Origin: Eledone cirrhosa
Taxonomy: Eukaryota
Length of the DNA: 64,000 nucleotides
Assembly: GCA_964016885.1 (NCBI GenBank)
Contig: OZ024747.1
Coordinates: forward strand, 54,746,001-54,810,000
Direction of reading: 5' to 3'
A program made the position numbers and the translations under genes. Below, piece by piece: positions 1 to 15,950 of the stretch. Numbering within the stretch: the stretch's first letter is position 1; the number at the start of each line of letters is the position of its first letter. The notes beneath the pieces are model-generated. The model did not search any database and was not told the DNA's origin. It saw only the letters and a list, made by a program, of their open reading frames with translations.

Positions 1-950
1 TACCGATACCGACAATCCACCGCCCTTTGATGATGAAGATAATAATTGTTTCTACTTTAGGCACAAGGCCGGCAAATACTCAGTGCATTACTGGTACATT
101 ATTTTATCGACCCCGTAAGGATGAAAGACGAGGTTGATCTCGGCGGGATTTGAACTCCGAATGGCAAGGGCCGTAACTCTATGCGTCAAAGCATGGCGTC
201 CGACCCTCTACCGATACTGCCATTCCAGTGCACTGTGCAATGATAACAATGAAATCTGATTTCGGCACAAGATCAATAATTTGAAGGGGGAGGTGGGGGT
301 GGGGGTTAAAATCAGTTAAAGTTTTAATAATTGTTTCTACTTTAGGCACAAGGCCAGCAATTACTCAGTGCATTACTGGTACTTTATTTTATCGACCCCG
401 TAAGGATGAAAGGTAAAGTCAACCTCGGCGGGATTTGAACTCAGATCATAAAGGGACGTAACTATGCTGGAAAGCATGGCGTCCGACCCTCTACCGATAC
501 TGCCAATTCACCGCCTTTGTTGACGCAATTAATAATGGTTACTTATATAGGCAAAAGGACAGCAATTTTGGGGGAGGGGAAAGTCGATCAAATCGACTCC
601 AGTACGTGACTGGTACTTTATTTTATCGGCCCCGTACGGATGAAAGGCAAATTAAACCTGGGCGGGATTTGAGGTCAGATGATAAAAGTCCGTAATGATA
701 TGCTGCAAAGCATGGCGTCCGACCCTCTACCGATATTAATAATACTGACGCAATTTATAATTGTTTCTAGTTTTAGCACAAGACCAGCAATTATACCAGT
801 GTATTACTGGTACTTTATTTTATCGACCCCGTAAGGATAAAAGGCAAAGTTAACCTCGGTGGGATTTGAACTCAGACCGTAAAGGGCCGTAACTCTTTTC
901 TGCAAAGCATGGCGTCCGACCCTCTACCGATACTGCCAATCCACCTCCCC
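1..950 (-). mobile_element. Cluster of about 5 head-to-tail tRNA-derived SINE copies (1-27 partial, 41-228, 326-516, 531-737, 757-950)
   Basis: On the minus strand the copies show an A-box-like TGGCAGTATCGG (missing in 531-737), a B-box GTTCAAATCC, a core GCCTTTCATCCTTACGGGGTCGATAAAATAAAGTACCAGT and a tail GGCCTTGTGCCTAAAGTAGAAACAATTATT. The same sequence recurs across the window. Confidence 0.9.
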
Positions 951-1360
951 AATAGCTACGTTGGAGTTTGTAGTGGTAATGCTGCGACAGGAGTTGTTGC
1001 AGTTGTTAACTATTGTTGGTGAACATGATGGTGTTGAATAATATTGGGGGATTTGTAGCTTGGTTGTTGGTGTTGTTCGTAGTACTGATGGGGGTTGTTA
1101 TTGGTAATACTACGGTTGTTGGTAATGATGGTGGTGGCGCCAATATGAGATTAGAGATACTGCATAAAAAAAGTGAAATGTATCTCAGAAATAAATTAAA
1201 AGATTGATCGCTTTTCGAAGAGCTTTAAAAAAAATTCAATATATATATATGGATATACATCTAAACCTCCATAGATACACAGAAACACAGATAAATATAT
1301 ATGTATAAAAACATACATGCTTTTAAGCCTCCACAGATACATACAAACACATTCTCACAA

Positions 1361-1396
<36 letters not shown>

Positions 1397-1799
1397 ATGT
1401 GTGGATGTGTGTGTGTGGATGTGAGTGTGTGTGTGTGTGTGTGAGTGTGTGTGTGTACTTTAGTCGGAGTATATATGTGTATTTACCAAGTAATATCCAA
1501 TAAAATCTAAAATGAATCAACAGATGCAGCAGTAGTGGCAGTAGACAAATTTGTTAGTCATATTTCAAGTGGTAAATAAATAGAAACAATTCACTATGTA
1601 AATCTTTTGTGAATTTCAACAAGGCTTTCAACATGCCACTCTGTGTATGCATATGAACTACATGACTCGCTGTCTGTGTCTAAGCATATGAAGTTGCTCT
1701 ATGTTTGCGCTTATTCCCGGCGAAATCTGTATTTGTATGGGCGTGTTACGCTGTCTGGTCGCCATTGTAACCTAACATATGTATTTATGTACGTATATG

Positions 1800-1893
<94 letters not shown>

Positions 1894-2068
1894 TATCGTT
1901 TGTGTGTGTGTATGTATGAATATATATATATATGTATTTATATATATATAAAACATATTCATATATATATATTTATATATATATATATATATATTTATAT
2001 GTGTGTATTTATGTATGCATATATATATATACACACAGACACACACACACATACACACACACACACAC

Positions 2069-2116
<48 letters not shown>

Positions 2117-2398
2117 ATGATGTGTGTATACATATTTGTATAATATGCGTTCTTTGTATTTTAGACAGATTTAAATATTGGTGTTTATAAGAGAGTGTAT
2201 ATATACATAAGTGATGTGTGTTTGTTTGAGAGTATACAATGCGTATATATGTACGTATAACAGTGTATGCGTTCGAGTTTCCTCATATGCATGTCTCTCA
2301 TTTTTGTGTGTATACTTACTCACACACCCACACATACTCGAATTTACATACACACACAGAGAAACGTATATGTATAAATATACATACATACAAATATG

Positions 2399-2486
<88 letters not shown>

Positions 2487-2540
2487 ATAATAATTATAAT
2501 ATTAATATATATATATATATACATTCATATATGTATGTAA

Positions 2541-2591
<51 letters not shown>

Positions 2592-2601
2592 TATATGTAT
2601 T

Positions 2602-2641
<40 letters not shown>

Positions 2642-2651
2642 TATATGTATT

Positions 2652-2721
<70 letters not shown>

Positions 2722-2750
2722 TATACATATATATGCATACATATATATGC

Positions 2751-2786
<36 letters not shown>

Positions 2787-2789
2787 ATA

Positions 2790-2834
<45 letters not shown>

Positions 2835-3295
2835 ATGTGTGTGTGTGTGTGCCTCTGCGTGCGTGCATCTGTGTGTGCGTATGTGTATGTGCATGTGCGT
2901 GTGTGTGAGAAGGTACGCGCACGCGCAGGCGTATGTGATTGCGTTTCGGTTGATGAATTTATTGATTACCATGTATGTGTTTATTTGATAATATCTGTAG
3001 GATGAAAGGTTTCAGAAATTTAGAGATGACTTCAGCAGACGATAGACAGGAAAAAGTGACAGGGTGATGGTGGTAGAGAGAGGAAATATTACAGTAGGAG
3101 TAGGAGTAGGTTTAGAAAGTAGAATGGTAGGAGGAAGAGGAGGAGAGGGGCAGATCAAAATTGAAATAAAAGCCCAACAGGTTAATTGGATCTCAAGTTT
3201 CAGGAAGTCAGTTTCTAGTATTATTGTTGATGATACTGTTGTTGTTATTGGTTTTGGTTATTGCTACATATATACGTACATATTATATTATATGC

Positions 3296-3427
<132 letters not shown>

Positions 3428-3660
3428 CTATATATATATCGTTTTGTTACTGGTGTTGTCGTTATTGTGATTGTTGTTGTTGAGTCCGATGTTTTAAATT
3501 ATGATATTGTTGATGGCGCAGTGTTTGGTTTATGTAAATATGTGTGTGTCTATGTATGCATATACGTATATAGATATATATGTACGCCCCCCATTAGCAC
3601 GCACATTCGTATGTCTGTGTTTGTGAGGCCGTATGTGTGTGTGTATATACATATATACAT

Positions 3661-3691
<31 letters not shown>

Positions 3692-4429
3692 CATATACAC
3701 ATATATGTATGTGTGTATGTATATATGTATACATATGTGTTTATATATATATAAATATTCATATGTGTTCTGCTTTTAAATGGATGTTAAAGTGGTAGTA
3801 ACAATAGACCTCTTTTTCTAAATGCATTATTGTATTTAGTTACAATCAATATCGTAAAATATTTACTGGAATATAATTTCTATACGTGTATTTCCTATGT
3901 TTTCAACGGTTTTCATCGTTTTTCCGATCTACACGATTTTTATACTGTTAGATCAAACCTAGATAGCCTCATCTATATATATATATATATAAACACGCAC
4001 ACACATACACACACACAGACACACATATATATATATATATATGTGTGTATGTGTATATATATATATATATATTCACACAAACACATACGCATGTATTTAT
4101 ATATATATATATTTATAGCTTCTTTTACAGTAAACTTCTTAACAAAGTATATACATAGATAACACAATGAATATAGGGTAGAATACATATATAAATATTT
4201 ATAACGTAGAAAATACTTCATATTTGCGATACTCAGAGCTTCCCAATATGATTTTCTCAACATAAACCATAGTTTGATTTAGAGGAAAGTAGATTAGTAT
4301 TCAAATGAGCTTAAATCAACATAGCTTCTATCTGAATAGTATCTATACTAAGTGAAACAGTATTATTGACAGGTCATTTTAATATATTATATAGTCACGA
4401 TATGTTTTCAATCTCACATGTACACCAGG

Positions 4430-4672
4430 TCCGAACACATAGGAACCAAACACCCAGTGTCACCGCCTCCATTTCTCAAGCTCTCCCCATCTCTCATCAT
4501 TATGAGCAAATATGTGCCCACTCGCTAGCCGACCCGCTTTCCCCGCAGACAGAATAGAGAAAGCGTATCCCCGGAGGTTGATGAGGGAGATGCACTGGAA
4601 GAGCCATTCCAGTTCCCGAGCCCCACTCCTATGAGTAGCCAGATCTTTGGCGATGGTGGTGAGTAGGTCTTC
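4430..4672 (-). pseudogene. 3' fragment of a decayed CRE-clade (REL endonuclease) non-LTR retrotransposon
   Basis: Translation RELEWLFQCISLINLRGYAFSIL resembles the C-terminal FLFQRISLAxxRGNAxSIL motif of CRE-like RT-REL proteins. The segment is GC-richer than its flanks. Confidence 0.6.
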
Positions 4673-4999
4673 ATATATCAAATAATAAAGAGTTTTATGG
4701 GATTTGATAAAATAAGAGCAGCAGCAAGAAACTCCCTTGATCAACCAGAGAAGGTTGGTTATAGAAAGTGTAACATCAGTGGCGGTGCCCCAGCATGGAC
4801 ATCAGACACTCGACTGGAACACGAAATAAAATAATAGGTTAGTAGAGTTTTCATTACTACGTTTATAACATCTGGTTCTTATAGACAATTATCTAGGAAG
4901 AATGTAAAGTGGATGGTTGGATTTCATATAGGCAGTAACTGTTATGTGTTGGTGTAAGATCGCCAATTCACATTAGGAACCTTTGAGTATCACATATAT

Positions 5000-5022
5000 C
5001 ACATCAGTATAATCACCATCAC

Positions 5023-5072
<50 letters not shown>

Positions 5073-5202
5073 CAATCATTATTATCATCATCATCATCAT
5101 CATCACCATCGTCGTCGTCATCATCATCATCATCGTCATCGACATCTTTTTTTCATAATCATCCAAAATCGTCATCATCATCATCATCATCGTCACCATC
5201 AC

Positions 5203-5258
<56 letters not shown>

Positions 5259-5331
5259 ATAATATGTTTGTTATTTCCAGAAGTCGTGCTTGTATATTAC
5301 CTTAAGGATTATTACCCTCATCATCATCATC

Positions 5332-5398
<67 letters not shown>

Positions 5399-5490
5399 CA
5401 ATCATTATTATCATCATCATCACCATCATCATCGTCATCGACATCTTTTTTTTCATAATCATCCAAAATCGTCATCATCATCATCGTCAC

Positions 5491-5555
<65 letters not shown>

Positions 5556-5628
5556 ATAATATGTTTGTTATTTCCAGAGGTCGTGCTTGTATATTACCTT
5601 AAGGATTATTACCCTCATCATCATCATC

Positions 5629-5659
<31 letters not shown>

Positions 5660-5744
5660 ATAATATGTTTGTTATTTCCAGAAGTCGTGCTTGTATATTA
5701 CCTTAAGGATTATTACCCTCATCATCATCATCATCATCTTCATC

Positions 5745-5785
<41 letters not shown>

Positions 5786-5790
5786 TATCA
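5000..5790. repeat. (CAT)n microsatellite containing an approximately 62-bp unique spacer repeated three times
   Basis: AATAATATGTTTGTTATTTCCAGAAGTCGTGCTTGTATATTACCTTAAGGATTATTACCC occurs at about 5258, 5556 and 5659, separated by CAT runs. Confidence 0.9.
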
Positions 5791-6059
5791 GTATCACAGT
5801 CAGCATCACCATCACCTTTAGCATCACCCAACACATCGTGTGTCAGATGTCTGGAGATTTCACGATAATTAATTTGTTAGTATTCCAATGACGGAAACGT
5901 TAAAGCAATACAAGTCGAAATGCAGCTCCTGCAACTAAGACGATAGATATATATTTAACATAGAGGCGCCAGATTATTGCACATCCGTCGGTCTCTCCAA
6001 TGAGCATTTCAGTTATTCGAAACAGTCGAAACAGTGAACTTGGAATATTACCTTTCAAA

Positions 6060-6305
6060 GTGTTGGGCATTCAATGGATACTAATAACCTCAACGTTGTT
6101 CTAAAGGAGATTCAGTGCGACAATCTGTGTAAAAAAGCTGACCCTTTCACTTAAAGGTACAACTCATTTTTTTCTAATGGAGAGGATTGGTGTGACAAAA
6201 AAATAAAGTGTCTTGTTCAGCGGCCCAATGTATTGCCATTAATCGAAATCAGAAACCTATCACTGTCACCTCTACATCTTAAACACACATCCGCGTGTCT
6301 TCACA
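6060..6305 (-). mobile_element. Decayed SINE of a second family (CORE-like)
   Basis: AAATAAAGTGTCTTGTTCAGCGGCCCAA resembles the reverse complement of a CORE-SINE segment, followed by a degenerate tRNA-like head. Confidence 0.5.
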
Positions 6306-6441
6306 AATTATACAAATACACTGACTCAAACACACGCACTAACACACCCACAGACAAACACTCATATAAATATTTATATATATACATACACAAATGTTAA
6401 TATTGTGGTTGCGAAAATATAGAAATACACAAAATAACAAA

Positions 6442-6574
6442 TTCTTCTTCTTCTTCTTCTTCTTCTTCTTCTTCTTCTTCTTCTTCTTCTTCTTCTTCTT
6501 CTTCTTCTTCTTCTTCTTCTTCTTCTTCTTCTTCTTCTTCTTCTTCTTCTTCTTCTTCTTCTTCTTCTTCTTCT
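6442..6574. repeat. (TTC)n microsatellite
   Basis: Perfect trinucleotide run. Confidence 0.95.
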
Positions 6575-7369
6575 GTTGTAATCAGAAACACTCATCATTA
6601 TTGTCGTTGCTGTGACTGTTGTTGTTGTTGTTAAAATAATTATTAACTCACAAGTATATTATGTTTACTATATTCGATGTTCAAGTCCTTGTGGCTAATA
6701 TAAAAAAAATATCATTCTTCTTATTATTATCTTTATTATTCTATATCGGCCGTTTTATGGAACACACGGTATCGGGGTGGGGTCGAATCAGTTAAAAATC
6801 TAATGAACATCTAGAAAATAACACTTTATATAGAATGAATTACGTTATCTTTTTGATATTTCTTTTTATATTCTTCAATATTATTTTTATATTATAAGAT
6901 ATTACACACCCTTTACGGCCTTTTGTTTATTTTTAAATGATATTGCTTTACGTCTTTTGTTGTTATTTGGGTTGTTTTGTTGGCTTTTTTTGGATCATTT
7001 TTGTGCTTGTTTTTGTCGACGTTGCTATTGGAGTCATTGTTTGTTTTATTTTATTTGTCATTATTGTTTTTATTGTAGATTCCGTTATTGCTCTTGTGGT
7101 TGTTTTTGTAGATTCTGATACCGACGTTGTTGTTGTTGTTGTTGCTGTTGTTGCAGATGATGTTGTTGATGATGGTGTCGTCATCATTGTTGTTGTGGTT
7201 GGTCTTGCTCTTTTTGTTGCCATTTTATGCCTGTTTTTATTGTGGAATTTGTAAATACTTTCATTATTTTCACTTTATTATATTTTCTGTTTTTGTTTTC
7301 ATCATCCCTTTTCACCTATCTCATTTGTTTTTGGCTCATTTTAATCATATACTCACTAAAATAAGTACG

Positions 7370-7465
<96 letters not shown>

Positions 7466-8000
7466 TATACACATATATATACACATATATATACACACAC
7501 ATGCTTATAAGCACGTGCGAATACATGCTAAAATACAAGCTCACTTGAACGTAAGAGTATATGTATGTGTGTGTATATATATATGTGTGTGTGTGTATGT
7601 GTGTGTATGCGTGTGCGTGTGTGAGTGTGTGTGTATATGTGTGCGTATATACAAGCAAACATACTTATACTTATTAGGGATACATATGCATATAGCTAAA
7701 GACACCTTTGATTTTCCTCTTATTTTTCATTTTGTTTAATTTCCTGTTGAGGGTTGGCTGTGATATTTAGCATGAGGCGAGATAAATTGTGTGAGTCACC
7801 CAACTATATCTAAGAACCACTAGAATTAAGCTTACAAATTGAAAGATTCTAGGGTCTACTTTAAAGAATATATAATATAAGAAAAACAAGGTTATTTAAA
7901 AAAATATATAACGTAAAAGTAAAAAAAAAAGCAAGGGCATGTAATATAATGAAAATATGTGTGCATATATATATATTTATATATATGTATTATTGGTATA

Positions 8001-8071
<71 letters not shown>

Positions 8072-8153
8072 GATAGATAGATAGATATATATGTAGACCA
8101 AAAATACGTAACGGATCAAATAAGATGCAACGATTACATTTAATAATTCATCC

Positions 8154-8221
<68 letters not shown>

Positions 8222-8679
8222 CAGTAGTAATCGTAGTAGTAGTAGAAGCAGTAGAAGAGCAGTAGAGGAGGAGGTGGAGTAGTTTTGACTGTCAATTCAA
8301 ACCCTCAACATTTTTACGGTACCATTTTCTCTCTAAATCTTAAAATTCATCATTTCCAACTTCCTCTGCCTCCTTCTACTTCCATCTCCTCCACTTCTTC
8401 CACGTCCATCTCCTCCTCCTCCTCCTCCTCCTCCTCCTCCTCCTCCTCCTCCTCCTTATTATTCTTATTCTTCTCCTAATATTTCACTTTTACCTCCTTC
8501 TCTTCCTTCACCTGCATCTCCTCCTCCTTCCTCTCTTCCTCCTTCTATTCCCCTTCCTCCTCCCTTCTTCTTCTTCCTTCGCCTCCCCATCTCTTCCTAT
8601 ATTTCCACTCCCCAATGTCGTTGTTGTTATTTGTATCTATTGTCGCCTTCAACTTATACTTTATTATCCTTAATATTGT

Positions 8680-9275
8680 TGAATCTGTTAATCGCTAGAA
8701 CGTCAGACGCCGTGCTTTGCAACATAGAGTTATGGCCCTTTACATTCCGAGTTCAAAATACACCGAGTTTAACTTTGCCTTTCATCCTTATGGGGTTGAT
8801 AAAATAAAGTACCAGTAATGCACTGCGTAATTGCTGGCCATGTGCCAAAAGTAGAAACAATTATTATTATTAATGGGCAGTATCGGTAGAGGGTCGAACG
8901 CCATGCTTTCCAGCATAGTTACGTCCCTTTACGATCTGAGTTCAAATCCCGCCAAGGTTGACTTTGCCTTTCATCCTTACGGGGTCGATAAAATAAAGTA
9001 CCAGTAATGCACTGGGTAAATGCTGGCCTTGTGCCTAAAGTAGAAACAATTATTAATGGATTTTCAGTATCGTTAGAGCGTCATAAAACATGCTTAGCAG
9101 CATATAGTTATGTCTCTTTACGTGTTGAGGTCAAATCCCACGGAGGTTATCTTTGCTTTTCAATCTAACAGGGTCGATAAAATAAAGTACCAGTCAGGCA
9201 CTAGGGTCGATTTGATCGAGTTTCCGCTCCTCCATAATTGCTGGCCTTGTGCTTAAATCAATAACCATTATCATT
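8680..9275 (+). mobile_element. Three head-to-tail copies of the tRNA-derived SINE
   Basis: The same B-box/core/tail motifs occur at about 8680-8870, 8875-9055 and 9057-9275, each ending in ATT repeats. Confidence 0.88.
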
Positions 9276-9559
9276 ATTTTTATTATTGATTTTTATCATG
9301 GTTATTGTTGTTGTTATCGTTATATTGCTATTGCTGTTGCAAGTGTTATTACTCTAAATGTCATTATTATCGATGTTGTTATTACTTTTATACAGCTTTT
9401 GCTATTGTTATGATATTATGATGTTGTTGACTTAATTGTTATTACGGTCAATGTATATTCAGTTTTTTTTTTGTGATGTTGTTGTTGTTGTTATTGATCT
9501 TGTTGCTTTTGTCGTTGATGTTGAAGGTGTGACATGTTATATGTGAAGGCGTGACGTAA

Positions 9560-9729
<170 letters not shown>

Positions 9730-11054
9730 CCACACCCACATACTGATATATATTCGTACATTCATACATGCATCTATACATTCACAAACTCCTATACATA
9801 CATAGATATATACAGACGGACAGACATATATACATTCAGGAATACATGCCTACATATATATACATACATACAACCATGCATACATATATAAATGCATAAA
9901 TACATACTTACATACATACATACATTCATACATACTTACATACATACAGACAGACAGACATATACATACATACATAGAGCTACATACATACAGACATACA
10001 TACATTCATGCATACACACAGACATACATACAGACATACAGACATACACACATGCATGCATACGTACGTAGATAAGTACAATAAAACGTATGTAAACGAA
10101 AAAAACAACTTTCTTGTCGTTTTTCTTGGGTCGGACAATGGTGAGTTTCTTTCGTTCACTTTTTTAGCAGCTTCAACTTGCTTTGCTCTAATTTTAACAA
10201 CAGCTATAGTGACTTGCTATTGGAACTCTATCCCTCTGCCTTTACACATTCACTGAGTAAAAATCTCAGAAGAGAGCCGTTTTCCACGGATTTAACCACT
10301 ACGTTGAATTATCATCATAATCATCTTTGGTTCTGTACACACATCTTGTCATATCTGGTCACATATCTGGAGTGGATCGTTATCTATGCTCTGTTCGTGG
10401 ATAATTATGATTTGTCCAGACTAATCTCATATTGTTCCTGATTTAAACGGTAGTTAACAGATGTTATCTCGATGTGATATAAGTCGAAATGCTTACCAAT
10501 ATCGTTTCTGTAAGCACGGTATTGATTTATGCAAATTATTCGGGTATGAATCCCAGGGGAGGGGCTCAATGCATGGCCTGTTAGATTGTTTAGAAAGCTA
10601 TGTGTATTTATTGCTTCAGTTGAAGGAAGATATATTGTTCCTTGAATATACAGTGGGTATCTCCAGGTTCAGTTTAGAAGTTACATGGGAGACCTCGGAA
10701 ATTTTAAAAAAGTCATACGTACATTTAATTCTGTCGCATCTTTTCTTTTCTGCCCCAGGAAACACCGTGAAAAACCACCATGATAATCATCATCGACATG
10801 ATAAGAAGGACACCAAAAACAACAACACCGGCAGAATAAGCATCATAAAAAATACTTACATATACATCACATCATCATCTTATGTCCCCCCTCCTCCCCC
10901 TTATCATCATCATTATCATCATCATCAACATCGCCCTTATAATGACACATAATTTCAAATGGGGTACATAATAATATATTCCACTTTAAAGACATACATG
11001 TCATAAATGTGTTGTGCATACATGCGAATGTCCAATGGTACCTGCATACATATA

Positions 11055-11090
<36 letters not shown>

Positions 11091-11406
11091 CATACATTCA
11101 CGTGTGTGTGTGTTTATTTGGCTCTATCCGTGTTTAGGAAATTATAGAAACCAAATATTTACGAAAATAGATTAAGATGATTACATGATATGAAGACATA
11201 TATGTGTATAAATATACATATATGTATGTTGAAGGAATGTATGTATGCACATTTATATGAATACACACACACACACAAATATATATATATATAATACACG
11301 GTTATTTGTGTGTATATTCATAGGTTTATTTCTGTATATATATACATACACACACATATATATATATATATATAAAATATATATATATATAGTAATATAT
11401 ATATAT

Positions 11407-11485
<79 letters not shown>

Positions 11486-11486
11486 T

Positions 11487-11602
<116 letters not shown>

Positions 11603-11669
11603 GTATATATATGTATATATATATGTATATATATATATATATTACTATATATATATATTTATACATATA

Positions 11670-11700
<31 letters not shown>

Positions 11701-11984
11701 TACTATATATATATATATATATATCCGTCCAAACCCATGCAAGCGTGGAACACGGACGCTAAACCTGATGATGATATATATATATATACATATATATATT
11801 TCATATATATTATATAGATATTAATTTAAATGCCTGGAGCTGAAAAAAATCAAAAGTACATGTTTTGAAAGTGAGAAAAAATAACAAAAAAAGATTATTA
11901 TTAGTTGAAAGAGCGAATAAAACATGATCTTAAAAGATGGCTGAATAATAAATATTCATTAAATACAATACAATAACTTAAATA

Positions 11985-12043
<59 letters not shown>

Positions 12044-12270
12044 TCATATATGTGTGTTTACACACACTCCATCGCAAGCCCACTCACGTACGGATAATAT
12101 AACATATATTTGTGCCCAGCCTTAGTCGTACATTTACATACACACACCTATACTTATACATATATATATATTTTAAATAAAAGACGATGGAGTGGAACGC
12201 TTCTCTTAGAATACCGTGTTTCTGCATTTGTGACGTCACTCACACACACACACACACATATATATATAAG

Positions 12271-12336
<66 letters not shown>

Positions 12337-12378
12337 AATATATACACATGTTTATATGAATATATATATATACATGTA

Positions 12379-12544
<166 letters not shown>

Positions 12545-12553
12545 TAAATATAT

Positions 12554-12598
<45 letters not shown>

Positions 12599-12601
12599 TA
12601 T

Positions 12602-12687
<86 letters not shown>

Positions 12688-13135
12688 ACATGTAAGTATA
12701 TATATGCGCAAAAAGTGTGGTTATCAATAAAAAAAGAAAATAACCAACACGGACACCATAATGAATAGGGTTTCTTAGGAGAACAACGAAAAAAAATAGG
12801 AAACAAATAATTTTATAATATATTATAAAAAATTAGGAATTTCTATAAAAAGAATTACATAGAAATGTGAAGGAAGATAACAGTATGTAAAACAATATAA
12901 AGTGTCACATAAAAACTGTAGAAATATTTTGGATATATTTTGAGGCCTTATTAAATATATAGTTTCTCATCAAAGGGTTCATTGTAAACTGATTTAAGTC
13001 TTTGCCCTGGTTGACTGTTTGTTAATGAAAAATAACGTGATGGGGAAGAAGGGATAGAGAGAGAGAGAGAGTATTAGGTTATAATATTAGGAGTGGACGA
13101 TTGTGGTTGGGGAAGAAAGGAGAGAGGGAGAGAGT

Positions 13136-13167
<32 letters not shown>

Positions 13168-13171
13168 TAGA

Positions 13172-13271
<100 letters not shown>

Positions 13272-14759
13272 ATGATGTTATAAGTTCTGAAGAGGACGGT
13301 TGTGAAAGGAAAAGAAGAGATAGACAGGGAGAGAATAGGCTTATAAGTGTGGGGAAGGACGATTGGGGCAAAATATGGAGAAGGAAAATGAGAGACGGAG
13401 AAGAAATTTAAGAGATGAAGAGAGACGATGGTGAATAAAAAGAGAGTTGTACAGAATGTAAGATGGGAGATGTGGGGAGACGGGGTTTGAATGACGGTGG
13501 TGAAGGTGAGATGGAGAGAGAATGGAGAGAATGGAATGGGATAGATAAGGATAGAGAGGGGAGAGAATGAGAGAGAGAGAGAGAAAGGAAAGGAATTCGC
13601 TTTGTGAATGGAGAGAAGACAGGGGGAGAGCGTTGGAATAAATGGGGGGAGAATAATGGGAAGGGAAAGGTTTTGAGACGAAGAAAAGGATGCGAGGATA
13701 GAAGAGAGACAACAAGAGAAGCTGGGATATAGAAAGGGAAAAATATATTGTGAAAAGGGTTTGCATGTTTAAAAGATAAAAATGGATCAAGAGTGAGCCA
13801 GTGAGATAATTTAAAGGACATCATAGAAAGACATATAGAATGGAGAATGGAGAATGATTACGTCAGGAAGAGATATGGAAATATTGAAAGAGAGGTAAAC
13901 AGAGGGTAATAGTGAGATTGAAGCAAGAGTCACAGATAGATAGATATATAGATAGATAGAAAGGAAAAGAGATTGAGAGGATCACATGGGGATAGAGAAA
14001 ATATAAATATCCGACTATATGATGAAAAGGAAGGTAAAGGAGTACATACATACACACACAAACATATATATACACACACATATATATATATATATACACA
14101 CACACACATTCAATATATATATATACATTTACACATATATAAATACATATGTAAAAATGTATATATATATATATATATACTTACATCCATACGTACATGC
14201 ATACGTACATATATATATAGAGAGAGAGCGAGAGAGAGAGAGAGTGGGAGAGAGAGAGAGCGATATATACGTTATTATAACAACACATCTTTGCATTCCA
14301 GTTAAGTCCCAGAGAGAAAGAGATTGTTCGCCTTAGGCGAACATTCTGGAAATATTGTGATGGCTGCTTTTAAGTTTTTTCTCTTTATTTGTTTATGTTG
14401 CATTTGTTTTATAAGTATTTTTGGTTTTATAAATTTTTCGTTTATTTTATTTTTCAATAAATTTTCTTGTTGTTTTAGATTTTGTTTGATGCTATTTCTT
14501 CAGTTATATATATATTTTTTTTTTTATTTATTTAAATGTTCTTTTTTTATTGATATACTTTTCTTGTTTTCATTTAACAGATGAAAGACACTAAAAAGAA
14601 GGTTATCGTTCGCATGGATTGACTAGCCTGAGCTGAAAGCTAGACAGGATCATTATTAGACCTTTATTCACACATTGGGGATGGATAGGGAAACATAGGC
14701 ACACACAACTGTACATATCCACACCCACACATACATACATACACACACACAATAAAGAT

Positions 14760-14877
<118 letters not shown>

Positions 14878-15011
14878 ATATATATATGTATGTTGTGCAT
14901 GTATGTATATGTATATATACACACATACAAATGAGCTACAAGATTGCTGTAGTAAAAAGAGAGCAATAAATAGACAAGGTGACACTACAAACAGCAGCAG
15001 CAGCAGCAGCA

Positions 15012-15042
<31 letters not shown>

Positions 15043-15357
15043 AAGAAGAAGAAGAAGAAGAAGAAGAAGAAGAAGAAGAAATCAGTTCATTCAGAAAAGT
15101 AATCTTGGGGCGATACATTTTATAAGAATCTGCTCTTATAAACATTACAGCCCTTTCTAGTCATGTTAGCCTGATGCAGTTGATATTTTGATTGAATTAC
15201 TCTAGGTTGATGCCTACAGGGAGTATAAGGACATGGCTGGAAGTAAAATTGTGTGAAGTGTTCTTTGTGGTATTTGCTGATTATGATGTGATAAACAGGG
15301 GAGGTAATAATAAAAAAAAGTTGACAAATAGAGCGGGTGCTATATAGCCGGCTAGAT

Positions 15358-15950
15358 CAGTGGTCCCTAACCTTTTCACCATCAAGGAACCCTTTTATTC
15401 AAATGAATTTTCCCTACGGGTACCTCAATACACTTATTCGCGACTGAGTGTTATAAAGTGAGAATAACAATTGAAAGAGAAACATTTATATTAGAGAAGA
15501 ATGGATATCCAATAGAGTTTGTATATCGTTTTTAACACAATACGTGAAATGTTAAACTTAGCTGATGGGCCCTCCATGTTATCTTCATTGTAAACCAAGC
15601 AGATAATCACTTGAAGAGCTTAATGATATATTTTTAGTTAAATGTATATCACTCCATCGCAAGCATTTCACTATTAAAATCTATATCATTTCAATGAATG
15701 TTTCTACAGAACCCTATTATATTACCTCCCCTTCCAGATGGTTATAAGACGAACATGAGCAAAAATGTGTTATATGAAGAGACAAGATATCCAGTAGCGT
15801 GTGGATATGTTTTTAACAAAGTACTTGAAATTCTGAAGTTAGGTCACAGCTCCACCCATTTGTAGTTCCGTTGTGTGACCGTCAGAGATCCACTAACCTC
15901 AGGAAGGGAACAAATGGGCGAGAACAAGGAAGGGAACCTATGGGTTAGAA
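15358..15950. mobile_element. Decayed hAT-like non-autonomous DNA transposon (MITE) with an internal diverged duplication
   Basis: Starts CAGTGGTCCCTAACCTTTT (hAT/Charlie-type terminus), has a degenerate AGGGAACC end near 15935, and shows internal similarity between 15450-15590 and 15741-15875. Confidence 0.45.

Noticed and set aside
41-228. tRNA genes
   Set aside because: The A/B boxes belong to SINE heads and there is no complete cloverleaf.
10100-10780. Non-repetitive ORFs 10178-10441 and 10461-10952
   Set aside because: No recognisable motifs or consistent exon structure.
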